64,000 nucleotides of DNA from a virus: positions 32,001 through 96,000 of IMG/VR virus record IMGVR_UViG_3300034061_002572; one strand, written 5' to 3'. Each line of letters begins with the position of its first letter. Within the stretch, counting starts at the first letter, position 1. The translations under genes and the position numbers were made by a program. Under the pieces are notes generated by a model that made no database searches, was not told where the DNA came from, and saw nothing but the letters and a program-made list of their open reading frames with translations. Below, in pieces: positions 21,705 to 31,939 of the stretch.

Positions 21705-24128
21705 TTAGTCTATTCTTTCAATAATGTAACCACCATCTAAATAATTTTGAAGTTGGTCTTCTGATAAATCATCAACTATTATTTCTCCGCCATTCTCTTC
21801 TTGTTGTAAGGCTCCTACTCCTATAGCTGCTGGTAACAAAACTGGAGTTTTATTTAATAAATTAGATAACACATTATAGCTTTCTCCTTTAGTTTTTATA
21901 TCCCAAGGTTTTGTAAATGATAATATCCTATTTAAATAACCTTTATGATTAGCATAAAAATCTTGAAGTATGTCTGGTGTAACTTGTTCATGAATATTTT
22001 TTATTACACCTTTTTGTAACATTTGTTGTTTTAGTTCTCTTAAATGTGGCAATGGTTCATTGCCTTTACTTCCTCTAAAAAAATATGCAGCATTTGAAAG
22101 TTCTTCTGAATCATCATCAATTTGATTTAATAGATTATCAGCTTCATTTTCATTCATTAATCTAGTGTTATCAAAATACTGTTTTGTTTTATCTCTTGTG
22201 AATGGAGCTAACTGATCAATAGCTTCTATATCTAAATAAGATTGTCCTTTATGTGTTTTACCTATACTTTCTAAATAAGATTGAATATTATGTCCTAGTT
22301 CATGGGACATAACATATCTTAATTTATTATCATCTATTTTATTACCAAGAAGTTCTTTTAATTCATCAAAATTTATATTTACATATGGTGATGTAGCTTT
22401 ACCCTTATTTTTAAATGCTCCTGCAGAAGTGGATTGATATCTACTTGAATGAGCTTTTCCTTTATTCATAAATTTCATAAAGTCATCTATGTCATCTACA
22501 CCTAAATGATAAAGTCTTTGTTTTCCTTCTGGTGTAAGTAATTTTGCAATCTCATCTTTATAAATTTTAGGAACTTTTTTTATGTTAGAATAGTTATTAA
22601 TATAATGTTTAATATCTTTTTTTGCTTCTTTAGCTGTAGATAATATATCATTTACAGTTCTTGTAATAGGTCCTTCTGCATTTACAGCTTTTAAATTTTT
22701 AATTGATGCAGGATCAATTTTAGCTGCATTTACAGCAGCAGGCATTTCTTTAGTAAACTTACCAAGATTTCCAACACCTCTAACTACTGAAGCACCTAAC
22801 ATAGGTATGTCATAAGGTAGAGTATAATTAAGAGGATTTAATGCTGCAATTTGTTCTGGTTTTACATTAGCCATAGGTTGTCCAGATAATGCACCTGGAG
22901 CTTGTCTATAAGAACCTCCATAAAATTCATTACCCGATTTTTCTAGTGCATTTGCTGCAGCTACACCTAGAGCATCCAACCCAGCTAATGCTTCTAAACC
23001 GCCTACGGGAATACCAAATAATTCAGAATCTTTAATTTCTTGTTGTTCTTTTTTTGTAAGTCCTGGTAACTCTCCTCTATTCATAGCATCATTAGCTCTT
23101 GCATCAAATGGAGTAGTCAATGTTACAAGTCCTGCTAAAGTTCTGTCCCATAAACTTGGTTGTAGCTTAGATTCAAATTTAGAATTAGCAAATACATTTC
23201 TTTCACCTTTTGATAAATAGTCTACCCACTCTCCCCTTCTTTTAGGTGAGAATCCGTATTCCTTACCTAGTTTTTTAGCTACATAAGTATTTTTTTTATA
23301 TTCATATTCATTAGCAAAGTTTTTTTCTACAGCTTCTGGAAAATTATCCATAGATATCCCTGCAGCTTTACTAAGACCTTTATTAGTATTTTTCAGATAC
23401 TCTCTTTTCTTCTTATCTATAAAAGCTTGTTTAGAGTTTTTACTTTCATATTCTCTAGAGGCTTTTACCCAATAGGGTGCTTCGGCTTTTTTAGTTACTT
23501 CAGAATAAATCGGCATTCCTTCTGCAAATCCTTCCGGTGTTTGACCTTCTGCATATGTTACTCTTTCTTCTATTCCATCTGGTGGAAGTTCATTTACTTC
23601 ATTTCCATCTTGAAATTGATTTAATGAAGGTATAGAAATGTCTTCTATAACATAACCTCCTTTTCTGTATTCTTCTATTTCTTCAGGTGAAAGATTATCT
23701 ATATAAACATAGTCATCCGACTCTCCTCCATCTTGATAAAAAGGTGCATTAGGATCAAATATTTTATGCTTATGCTTTTTATGTAAAAAGTTCTTGACAA
23801 ATAATCTATTAGTTGCAGTTAAACTTCTACTATACTTTCTTGAATTTTTTGTTCCACCCTTTTTTGCAACTTGAGGATATTCATCTACAACGTCTCCAGG
23901 GAATTGATAATCATTATCTGGATACATCATTTGACTATAACCAGTATTATCTACACCATATACAGGATAAGGTACTCCGGCCATAGTTATATCTCCTGAA
24001 GGTATTCTGGTAGGTTGACCAGGAAACTTCCATTGTCCCATAGGATCATAAATAATATCCTTTGGTTTTGCAGGAGCCTTAGCTTTATCTAAATTTCTTT
24101 TAGCTGTGGATAATACTTTTTTATTCAT
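21705..24128 (-). CDS. 807 aa putative internal virion protein with zincin (HExxH) domain
   Basis: YVMSHELGHNIQ with a downstream NEPLPHLRE; xxxGG motifs; immediately downstream of the muzzle gene. Confidence 0.55.
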   Translation of the reverse strand: MNKKVLSTAKRNLDKAKAPAKPKDIIYDPMGQWKFPGQPTRIPSGDITMAGVPYPVYGVDNTGYSQMMYPDNDYQFPGDVVDEYPQVAKKGGTKNSRKYSRSLTATNRLFVKNFLHKKHKHKIFDPNAPFYQDGGESDDYVYIDNLSPEEIEEYRKGGYVIEDISIPSLNQFQDGNEVNELPPDGIEERVTYAEGQTPEGFAEGMPIYSEVTKKAEAPYWVKASREYESKNSKQAFIDKKKREYLKNTNKGLSKAAGISMDNFPEAVEKNFANEYEYKKNTYVAKKLGKEYGFSPKRRGEWVDYLSKGERNVFANSKFESKLQPSLWDRTLAGLVTLTTPFDARANDAMNRGELPGLTKKEQQEIKDSELFGIPVGGLEALAGLDALGVAAANALEKSGNEFYGGSYRQAPGALSGQPMANVKPEQIAALNPLNYTLPYDIPMLGASVVRGVGNLGKFTKEMPAAVNAAKIDPASIKNLKAVNAEGPITRTVNDILSTAKEAKKDIKHYINNYSNIKKVPKIYKDEIAKLLTPEGKQRLYHLGVDDIDDFMKFMNKGKAHSSRYQSTSAGAFKNKGKATSPYVNINFDELKELLGNKIDDNKLRYVMSHELGHNIQSYLESIGKTHKGQSYLDIEAIDQLAPFTRDKTKQYFDNTRLMNENEADNLLNQIDDDSEELSNAAYFFRGSKGNEPLPHLRELKQQMLQKGVIKNIHEQVTPDILQDFYANHKGYLNRILSFTKPWDIKTKGESYNVLSNLLNKTPVLLPAAIGVGALQQEENGGEIIVDDLSEDQLQNYLDGGYIIERID

Positions 24129-27100
24129 TACCTAAGTGATATTTGATTCTTAGTATTTATCAGTTTGATTATCATATTTACTTTTCTTTCTTCAAGATCA
24201 ATTACTGGATCTTTTCGTAAGAATAAGAAATTTGTATAATGTCTAAACTTCTTTCTTTGTAATAATGGTTTATTATAATCTAAATTACTCTGATTAAGTT
24301 GTTTATCATATCCGTTTAGTGCTGTATTCCAAGGAACAATTTCTGTATAGTTTCCGGCTAATATAGTAGTATTTGGAATTAATGTTCCTGTTGGTGGATA
24401 TCCGGCTCCAACTGGAAACTCACCTCTATCTTTAGTTATATCCCAAAACTGATTAAATCTGTATTTCTGTTCTTCTTTAGAAAACAAAATATCAAATGAA
24501 TTTAAGTTACTATTTAGTTTAGGATACTGAAGACTAAGTGTTACATTATTCTTAGGAAAGATGTTTAAGTTCAAATATCCTGATACCTGTTCAGAGTTAA
24601 ATACAACAGCTGTATCAAAGTTATGATCAAGAACATGAAACTGATCAACAGGATTTGTTACTGATCTTTTATAACATTCAAGGATATACTCAACTGATCT
24701 TAATGTATTTACAGTTTGGCCTGATACAACAGGAACTTCAATTTCAAATGGATATGCAACACCATAGAAATTACAGTAATCAGTAAAGGATGCATCATGT
24801 TTCCATATACCAGTTCCTTTAACTGATAAGAATGATCTCTTTGAAGCAAGTGTTAAATCTGGATGCCAATCATGGAAACTGATCCAATACTTATTTTTAG
24901 GGTCAAAACTTATTGTCCAAGATGCATCCTGAAAATATGGGGCTTGTCCTAATTTAATAGGTGTACCTCTATATGTAAAGGTATTTGTAGATTCATTATA
25001 TACAAAGTCTGAGTTATCATATTCAGGTGGCACATAATAATCTTTCTTAGAAAAATAAACAATAGAGTTTTTATTATCATATATTGCTTGACATCCTATA
25101 CCTGCTACTGGATTATCTGTATGTGGATAGTTAGGAAATTTATCTGTAAGCTTATATGGTAAATAATAGTTAAACCACCACTTCATTCCATTTTGTGAGA
25201 TTTCAGTTAAACCATCACTATATGTAAAAATTTTACCTTGGTTCTGAGAAATATAATATAAACCAGCAGGAGTTGATATTATTCCATATCTATTTTGTGA
25301 TGATCCGTATTCATATGAATTTTCAGAAATAACAATGTTTTGTGGAGCTTGATTAAATAAACCTCCATCACCTAATGTTACTTTAGTTCCAGACTCAAGC
25401 TGTAACAGGTCTGTACCTTGATAAATAATAGGACTTGCATTTTTAAAAGTAATAAACATACCTGTTCTAGCAAAAGGCTTCACACTGTTTATGTCACTCT
25501 TAAATATTACATAATTTAAGGGAAGATATAAAAACCAAGAATCTTCAAATGATTCATTATCTTGAGGTAATGAATAAATTATTTTATTAGGTGCATAAAA
25601 ATAACACAATCTGGCTACTTGAGGATCATATGTTGTATCTTGAACTGTAGCATATGTAGTAAACTGATTAAACATGTTGTTTATGCTCAATGAATAATCA
25701 TAAGCATAATAATTACCTTTTGTAATTCTATTAGGATCTATATTAAATAAAAAGGCAAGATCCGTATATTTATACGGAATATATGGTCTTTGATAATCAA
25801 ATGTACCTGGATTTCTAAAATCAGTTATTACATCTGATTCTACAAAGAAATCTCTCACTCCTGAAGAAGCTAAATAGAAATATGAATCTCGTATACCAGA
25901 ACCAAATGTAGGTGGATAATTAAGTGTTGTATCTGTAGCTCTGTTATAGTTTCTATTATCCAACTTATAAAAATCAGTTGGCATAAAACCTGTACCAAAA
26001 GAAGGACCTGTAAAATAACTTATTAAGTTAGCAATATTTGTAGGGCTAAAGTTTATCCATGTAGCATCATACTTAAAGCTATTCATCCAGTACCTAGCTT
26101 GAGGTAACATTTGATAAAGAAAATAATTAAATTCAGTTCCATTTGGTACATCATATAACCAATTGTAAAAGAACAACATAGTATTCTTTTCTGTAAATCT
26201 TGTTATATAGGTATCACCTTTAAAAAGTAAATCTGTTGATGGAACTAGTCTTTGTTTTAATGTATAACTACAAAAACTAGATACAGTACTTTCAGGAATT
26301 GTATTAGGATCAAACTTAAATTCACAATCAGTGATAGGCAATTGTATAATTGTATTAATCAATCCATATTGATTCTTAAGTCTATATTTGATTCCTGCAT
26401 AGTGACTTGCAATAATTAAATCAGCTTGATGTGTAATATTATTATTAAAGTCAATACTGTATCCTAAATCATTAAGCATACCAATTGATGCTTGAGATTC
26501 ATCTATACTGTAACCACTTGGATTTAATAATAAATGAGGACCTGTTAATGTATTACCTGTTGATGCCGCAGATGTTCTTATGAGAACTGTTTTAGATCTC
26601 TTAATATTATTAATAACATATCTTATTGTATTACTTGCTGGATCTACATATTCTGGAACATCTTGTAATGAATCATAAAGATAAAAACCATTCTCCATTC
26701 TAAATCTGCGTAATTGATTAGGATCAGGTTTGTAGAATAATCTATAAAAACCATGAGAAATCAATTGCAATGCATACTGTCTAAATGGTAGGAATGCATA
26801 TATTACATCTAATGTAAGACCAACACCTTCAGAAAAATAATACAACCATTGCTGTACACCACCAAGTACAGATAATGCTGGAGGAAGTTGTTGTGATCCT
26901 GTAAGCTCACTTTGATAAATTATTGCATTATAAGTAGCTCTTGCAGTTAGCGAATCTTTATTATGTTTCTTAAATATATCTGCAACATCATTTTGTCCTG
27001 TTAGGGAATCTATAAAAAATTGACCAGTAGCAAAAGCACTTTGCCAATCAATATTCCATGCAGTATTAGCATTTGCTACATCAATCCCTGCTTGGTTATT

Positions 27101-29527
27101 TGTATTATCAACATTGTTTGTAGTATTCAATGTACCAGATGTACCAGATGTTCCTGATACAGTTGCAGGATAAACTCCTGGAATTAATGTTCCTGGAGTC
27201 ATTGTAAGACTTTGATCTTGTTCAATCTCATGTTGGCCTGTATAACCTCCTTGCGGATAGTTAATTTGTTTCTTACCACCAGTTGATAATAATGCATTTA
27301 TAAGACCACCTATTATCATATAAAATAAAGCTCCGTCTGATACTAATTTATTTGTTGGATGTTTGTCAGGTTGAATAAATTTTGTAGCAGCAGTTCCTTT
27401 TAGATAACCATAAAGTTTTAATTCTGTAGTTGATAAGTTAGGATTTCTAAAACTTGTATCAGGTGATGTAAATGTAACTAACTCTAAAGGTATGTTTTGA
27501 TTTAATACATTATCATTATTATCAACCTTCTTTATAAATGCATCATTATATAAGTAATTATGATCTCCAGGATTTGTCAATGTGTTTCCTGGAGGGATGA
27601 TACAGTTGTATGGATGATTTGGATATAATCCTACTTTACCTTGACCACCTGAACTTCCAAGAATATTATAGTCCTTAAGATTATTTATCATTCCTTTTGC
27701 AAGAATGCTTTTATTACCTTTTCTTGTACCTCTTAAAATTTCATAACCTACAATATTAGTTAAATCTTTTCCTGCTTCATCTTTAGGAAGAATAATATTA
27801 CTAAATCTTACTCCCATTATAATAATAGAATTTGTAATACCTAGATTAGTTTCGAAATGTGGAGATAACTCATTATCAGGAAACTTGTGATGTCTTATAT
27901 ATTGACCACATAGATCATAATAAAGTACAGGTTGTGTAAGATCTGGAAGCGGAACACCAGTCCAACAATTAGCAGATGAGTTCCAAACTTCTTCTTTATT
28001 GTCTGGATACTGTAATGAAGACTGCCAGTAAGCCATATCTCCATATGCTCTAAATATACCACCGTCAGGTAATACTGTTCCTGGAGTTCCAGAAACACTT
28101 GCTGTATTAAATGTTTCAAATACCATAGTATCTCCTGGCAAACTATCTCCATTAGTATAAGGAGCAGTTTCTAATAATGTTGTTGAAGTTCCAGGAATCT
28201 TAAAGTTTCTTGGTCCCCGTCCGGGAATATGATATGATGCAGACTTATCTCCTGTATTGTAAACCCATCTAATAAAGAAACAGTAAACTTCATCTCTTAG
28301 ATAACTAGTATTGGAACCACCCTTAATATAATAATCTTCGGGATACTCTACAGCAACCCACTCTGTCTTAATTAAGTTTGCTAATGGTTGATAATTAAAA
28401 TCAAACTTGGATGTTGGTCCTATTCTTAATAAATAGTTATTTACATCTACCATTTGATCTGATCTCTCATAAACTGGATTCTGTTCTCTTAAAGATAAAG
28501 AAGTTACAGCAGGTAGAGTTTCTTGTATCTGATCAATAAATATTTCAGTGAGTCTTGTTGAATAGTATCCAAATTGTTTTATAGATGTTTGTTCATCTAT
28601 AATTCTAACAATTACAAGTTCAAACTCATCAAAGTTTTCTTGATCCGCTTCTATTCTAACTAATAATGAGCCTTCTCTATCTCTTTCATTATATATAGGT
28701 TGGACATTACTTGGTGAATAATAATTAGTTACTCTATTGTTTTTAATACTATATGCTACTTGAGCATAGTAAGAACCATTTTGTAATGTTCCACTTCCTG
28801 CAGCAATTTCTAATGATACACAAGGTGTATGTACTATTCTAGCTAATAATAAAGCATTGCATTCTAATTTATTGTCATCTTCACAAATATTACAATTACC
28901 ATTAGTTACAGTACATATTTGTTCCCATTGTACACCAGGCCACAAGATTCTGTTACTTGAATTATCTATATACCAGTTAATGGTACTTGGAGAACCACTA
29001 CCTTGCCAGGTATATACATTAGGATTTGGCCATAACTTTGGATCTCCTATATTTAAATATTTATCCGGATTCAAACCATCTGCCCAATAGACTTGCCAAG
29101 AACAATCTTCTTTTAATCTAGATGCTCCAGATATAAGATTATACTTATTAAATTTTAAACAATTTTTATCTTGAACTATAATTCTATATAAACAACTATC
29201 TTCATCAAATAATCCTATCTCTGACCAGAAAGGTCTATCTAAGGTATCATATGAAACAGTAAAGACAACCCATTTATCACTAAAAAGATGAATTATACCT
29301 ATAATATGTTTACTCACTCCAGGAAGTAATTCACCAGCTTTAATACATAATTGATTTGATGCCTCATTAGATAATGTAGATATGTCACCTTCAATAGTAT
29401 TGTTAACTACATTTCGGGCATGTGTCCACATACCTTCATCTATGAAACTTGCATCATAATCTTTGTTAAGTCCTTTGGTTAAAGAATTAAGTTTATTGTT
29501 ATTTGATTCTTGTGTTTCCTTTGCCAT
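24128..29527 (-). CDS. Tail stabilisation / muzzle protein (crAss-like)
   Basis: 1799 aa, beta-rich. N-terminal GLNKD...HARN and C-terminal WTISFDP...WISFHDWHP. Lies directly after the ring proteins. Confidence 0.7.
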   Translation of the reverse strand: MAKETQESNNNKLNSLTKGLNKDYDASFIDEGMWTHARNVVNNTIEGDISTLSNEASNQLCIKAGELLPGVSKHIIGIIHLFSDKWVVFTVSYDTLDRPFWSEIGLFDEDSCLYRIIVQDKNCLKFNKYNLISGASRLKEDCSWQVYWADGLNPDKYLNIGDPKLWPNPNVYTWQGSGSPSTINWYIDNSSNRILWPGVQWEQICTVTNGNCNICEDDNKLECNALLLARIVHTPCVSLEIAAGSGTLQNGSYYAQVAYSIKNNRVTNYYSPSNVQPIYNERDREGSLLVRIEADQENFDEFELVIVRIIDEQTSIKQFGYYSTRLTEIFIDQIQETLPAVTSLSLREQNPVYERSDQMVDVNNYLLRIGPTSKFDFNYQPLANLIKTEWVAVEYPEDYYIKGGSNTSYLRDEVYCFFIRWVYNTGDKSASYHIPGRGPRNFKIPGTSTTLLETAPYTNGDSLPGDTMVFETFNTASVSGTPGTVLPDGGIFRAYGDMAYWQSSLQYPDNKEEVWNSSANCWTGVPLPDLTQPVLYYDLCGQYIRHHKFPDNELSPHFETNLGITNSIIIMGVRFSNIILPKDEAGKDLTNIVGYEILRGTRKGNKSILAKGMINNLKDYNILGSSGGQGKVGLYPNHPYNCIIPPGNTLTNPGDHNYLYNDAFIKKVDNNDNVLNQNIPLELVTFTSPDTSFRNPNLSTTELKLYGYLKGTAATKFIQPDKHPTNKLVSDGALFYMIIGGLINALLSTGGKKQINYPQGGYTGQHEIEQDQSLTMTPGTLIPGVYPATVSGTSGTSGTLNTTNNVDNTNNQAGIDVANANTAWNIDWQSAFATGQFFIDSLTGQNDVADIFKKHNKDSLTARATYNAIIYQSELTGSQQLPPALSVLGGVQQWLYYFSEGVGLTLDVIYAFLPFRQYALQLISHGFYRLFYKPDPNQLRRFRMENGFYLYDSLQDVPEYVDPASNTIRYVINNIKRSKTVLIRTSAASTGNTLTGPHLLLNPSGYSIDESQASIGMLNDLGYSIDFNNNITHQADLIIASHYAGIKYRLKNQYGLINTIIQLPITDCEFKFDPNTIPESTVSSFCSYTLKQRLVPSTDLLFKGDTYITRFTEKNTMLFFYNWLYDVPNGTEFNYFLYQMLPQARYWMNSFKYDATWINFSPTNIANLISYFTGPSFGTGFMPTDFYKLDNRNYNRATDTTLNYPPTFGSGIRDSYFYLASSGVRDFFVESDVITDFRNPGTFDYQRPYIPYKYTDLAFLFNIDPNRITKGNYYAYDYSLSINNMFNQFTTYATVQDTTYDPQVARLCYFYAPNKIIYSLPQDNESFEDSWFLYLPLNYVIFKSDINSVKPFARTGMFITFKNASPIIYQGTDLLQLESGTKVTLGDGGLFNQAPQNIVISENSYEYGSSQNRYGIISTPAGLYYISQNQGKIFTYSDGLTEISQNGMKWWFNYYLPYKLTDKFPNYPHTDNPVAGIGCQAIYDNKNSIVYFSKKDYYVPPEYDNSDFVYNESTNTFTYRGTPIKLGQAPYFQDASWTISFDPKNKYWISFHDWHPDLTLASKRSFLSVKGTGIWKHDASFTDYCNFYGVAYPFEIEVPVVSGQTVNTLRSVEYILECYKRSVTNPVDQFHVLDHNFDTAVVFNSEQVSGYLNLNIFPKNNVTLSLQYPKLNSNLNSFDILFSKEEQKYRFNQFWDITKDRGEFPVGAGYPPTGTLIPNTTILAGNYTEIVPWNTALNGYDKQLNQSNLDYNKPLLQRKKFRHYTNFLFLRKDPVIDLEERKVNMIIKLINTKNQISLR

Positions 29528-29529
29528 AA

Positions 29530-30573
29530 CTATACAATTCTATTACTTACCGCTCTTCTATAATATTGATTGTTAGGTAAATGAGATTTAAACATATCAT
29601 AGTATTTTGCATACTGTGATTTTCTATTAGTCCACCAGAGTTTCTCCATTTCTTTGAAATTAGGTGTATTAACTAAACTTAATGCATTGTTTCTTGCTGC
29701 TTTGTATTCAGGAACAATAATCTGTAATCTCTGCGCTACATCTTCACCATTTAAGGCAAGGTTTTCAATTATTCTTTTCTTTAAAGCATACTCATAGTAT
29801 TCATTAAGTAATGCATGATCAGGAACAAGTAATTGTCCTTGTTCATCTTCTAATTCTCCTTGATAGTTTAAATAAACTTTACCTGTTTCAAATGTTGTAA
29901 ATAAATAGCCTCCTTTTATCCATCCTTCATTATAAGTATTGTAATATAGATTAGGACATTCGCATTCTATATTCTGACTTGATTTCATTCTTAAAGGAAG
30001 TAAAGTTTTATAGATTCTAGTAAGTCCTGGGTTAATTACTTGGACAAGTTCATACTTTTCTCCTTTACAATTCATAAATACTCTTGGAGGAATACATGTG
30101 TCACCATATGGATTATTAGGATCATATGATGTAGGTATAGGATCTACTATAGGATGATTAAGATCGCAAGCTGCAGTTTTATTACATGGATTAGAATTAC
30201 ATGTTCTACAATTAACTGTAATAGGAGCACAAGTATCTACTGTACTTGGAAATTCCTTATATGGAATTTCTTGTATATTTGTTCCTCCTTGCATTCCTCC
30301 ATATCCAACTCTTTCTTCAAACTCTCCACAAATCATTCCGTAATTCCATACATAAAAATCATCTGGTAATTTTACTTTATTATGACATACTTCAACAATA
30401 ACTTCTTTGGTTTGATTTAATCTAAGACCCAACTCATAGTTTAGTTTTCTTACCAACTTAATAAGTTGTTGAGGCTCTATCATATTTTCTAGAGCAAATG
30501 TATTTAAGTCAATAGTAACATCTTCCAGCAACTGGTCAAAGGTTCTGTATTTAAGAGTATAATTAAAATCCAT
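29530..30573 (-). CDS. Tail ring protein with Cys-rich insertion
   Basis: VKLPDDF, GYLFTTFETGKVYLNY, LLVPD...YYEYALK pattern of crAss-like ring proteins; synteny. Confidence 0.6.
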   Translation of the reverse strand: MDFNYTLKYRTFDQLLEDVTIDLNTFALENMIEPQQLIKLVRKLNYELGLRLNQTKEVIVEVCHNKVKLPDDFYVWNYGMICGEFEERVGYGGMQGGTNIQEIPYKEFPSTVDTCAPITVNCRTCNSNPCNKTAACDLNHPIVDPIPTSYDPNNPYGDTCIPPRVFMNCKGEKYELVQVINPGLTRIYKTLLPLRMKSSQNIECECPNLYYNTYNEGWIKGGYLFTTFETGKVYLNYQGELEDEQGQLLVPDHALLNEYYEYALKKRIIENLALNGEDVAQRLQIIVPEYKAARNNALSLVNTPNFKEMEKLWWTNRKSQYAKYYDMFKSHLPNNQYYRRAVSNRIV

Positions 30574-31235
30574 TATCTTAAGTTATTTTGGCTATCATCT
30601 GCACCATCAGATGGTATATTGATTGCCATGGTTAATTCTTTAACAACAAATTGTTCAACTTCAGAAAACAAATATTCAGGAATATTTAATGGTTGATCTT
30701 GTTGAATTTGACAAGGATCCGTATCACAGTTTTCAGTATTGTTTTCAAATATTGCTTCTATTCTTACGGCATCCCAATCAATATTTGGAGCATACAAGTA
30801 TCCATTAAGATACCAGAAGTAAGGTCTTTTATTATATTTAAAAGTTGTTGACTTACTAATAGATATCCAAGTTCCCGGATCTGTTCTAAACATTTCAATA
30901 GAACCATCTATTGAAGATACAGTACGAATAATAGGTCCAAACATTCCATTTAAAATACTAGGAAGTTTATCCTTTGATCTTTTAAAATAACATTCTGAAT
31001 ATACACCTACACAACCGGCTTCTATTTTATCAACATCAATAAGTTCTACGTATGGTAAAACTTGAAAGATTTGACTCATCTTCATTAGTCTAAACTGATT
31101 GTCTTCTCTTTTAATTAATGTTTGAGAATACTTCATCAAGGAAAAGTAAATAGTCCGGTCTGTTAAAAACGGATCTTCCTTTACAGCTTTTAAAGTATTC
31201 CTCACTCTTGATATTGCTTCACCTATTGTTGTCAT
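30573..31235 (-). CDS. Tail ring/adaptor protein
   Basis: 220 aa; YFWYLNGYLY...AIFE and C-terminal PSDGADD; between the IHF-like gene and the ring gene. Confidence 0.55.
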   Translation of the reverse strand: MTTIGEAISRVRNTLKAVKEDPFLTDRTIYFSLMKYSQTLIKREDNQFRLMKMSQIFQVLPYVELIDVDKIEAGCVGVYSECYFKRSKDKLPSILNGMFGPIIRTVSSIDGSIEMFRTDPGTWISISKSTTFKYNKRPYFWYLNGYLYAPNIDWDAVRIEAIFENNTENCDTDPCQIQQDQPLNIPEYLFSEVEQFVVKELTMAINIPSDGADDSQNNLR

Positions 31236-31813
31236 AAGTCAAATTCATTATATGTAGTCAAAGACTTTTTAGTCTCATACTCAGCTCTATTTTTATAGTA
31301 ACCTTTACTATATGTTGTATTTAATTTTTTTGTAGAATCTATAGCAACATACATATTCCAATTTTCTGCATATGACTTTGCTACACTTCTTTTAAATTCT
31401 CTGCATGCTACAAAACTCCAAAATTCTCTATTCTTTATTTTGTGTTTTGGAGCAAAATTGGTAAAAAAGATTTTGGCCAGTTTACCATCTGTGTCAAAAT
31501 TATTATTAGTAACAGTTACTCCATACTTTAGTGACTTTGCAAAATCAACATTTCTTTTTTTACTTTGCTCGCAACTTCCTATAAATAACCAACCTATTTG
31601 ATCAGGTAATTGAATCCCATCTCTGTTGTCAATTACATTCTGATACACTGCTGTATTAAAGGTTTTTATAATAGTCTTTATCACAGCTTTATCCAGGTTT
31701 TTATATTCTGGATAACTTAATTTAAATTTATCAAAGAACTCTTGATTTAAAATACTGTGTACTTCAGGCCTAAATCTAGGTGCTTTTACGTCTGGTTTTT
31801 TAAATTCCTTCAT
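31232..31813 (-). CDS. HU/IHF-like protein
   Basis: Helices followed by IQLPDQIGWLFI and a C-terminal FVACREFKRSV; IHF-like genes sit in this position in crAss-like tail modules. Confidence 0.5.
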   Translation of the reverse strand: MKEFKKPDVKAPRFRPEVHSILNQEFFDKFKLSYPEYKNLDKAVIKTIIKTFNTAVYQNVIDNRDGIQLPDQIGWLFIGSCEQSKKRNVDFAKSLKYGVTVTNNNFDTDGKLAKIFFTNFAPKHKIKNREFWSFVACREFKRSVAKSYAENWNMYVAIDSTKKLNTTYSKGYYKNRAEYETKKSLTTYNEFDL

Positions 31814-31816
31814 ATT

Positions 31817-31845
31817 AATATACTAAAAATAAATGACTTTAACAA
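31817..31845 (-). promoter_or_regulatory. Putative promoter TTGTTA-N17-TATATT
   Basis: Member of the recurrent intergenic TATATT motif family; directly downstream of a terminator. Confidence 0.5.
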
Positions 31846-31853
31846 ATGTAAGT

Positions 31854-31887
31854 AAAAAACAAAACCCCCACAAGTGTGAGGGCTTTG
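31854..31887 (-). terminator. Rho-independent terminator
   Basis: CAAAGCCCTCAC-actt-GTGGGGGTTTTG followed by TTTTTT. Confidence 0.8.
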
Positions 31888-31925
31888 CTGTTGTTGTCAC
31901 AGAAACCAACAAACCTGCAACATTT
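31854..31925 (-). ncRNA. Candidate small regulatory RNA (seed hairpin plus terminator)
   Basis: Stem UGUUGCAG/CUGUGACA (31895-31922) with 12 nt loop GUUUGUUGGUUU, complementary to the AACCAACAA motif at several start codons; followed by a terminator. Confidence 0.45.
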
Positions 31926-31939
31926 TTTTGTATTTTAAT

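Noticed and set aside
21705-23710. Bacteriocin double-glycine leader / RiPP cluster
   Set aside because: Motifs are internal or C-terminal and one residue off consensus; no C39 peptidase/ABC transporter in the window
31895-31922. Plus-strand decoy RNA displaying AAACCAACAAAC
   Set aside because: On the plus strand the stem has two A-C mismatches and the terminator polarity fits the minus strand; the antisense-seed model is preferred
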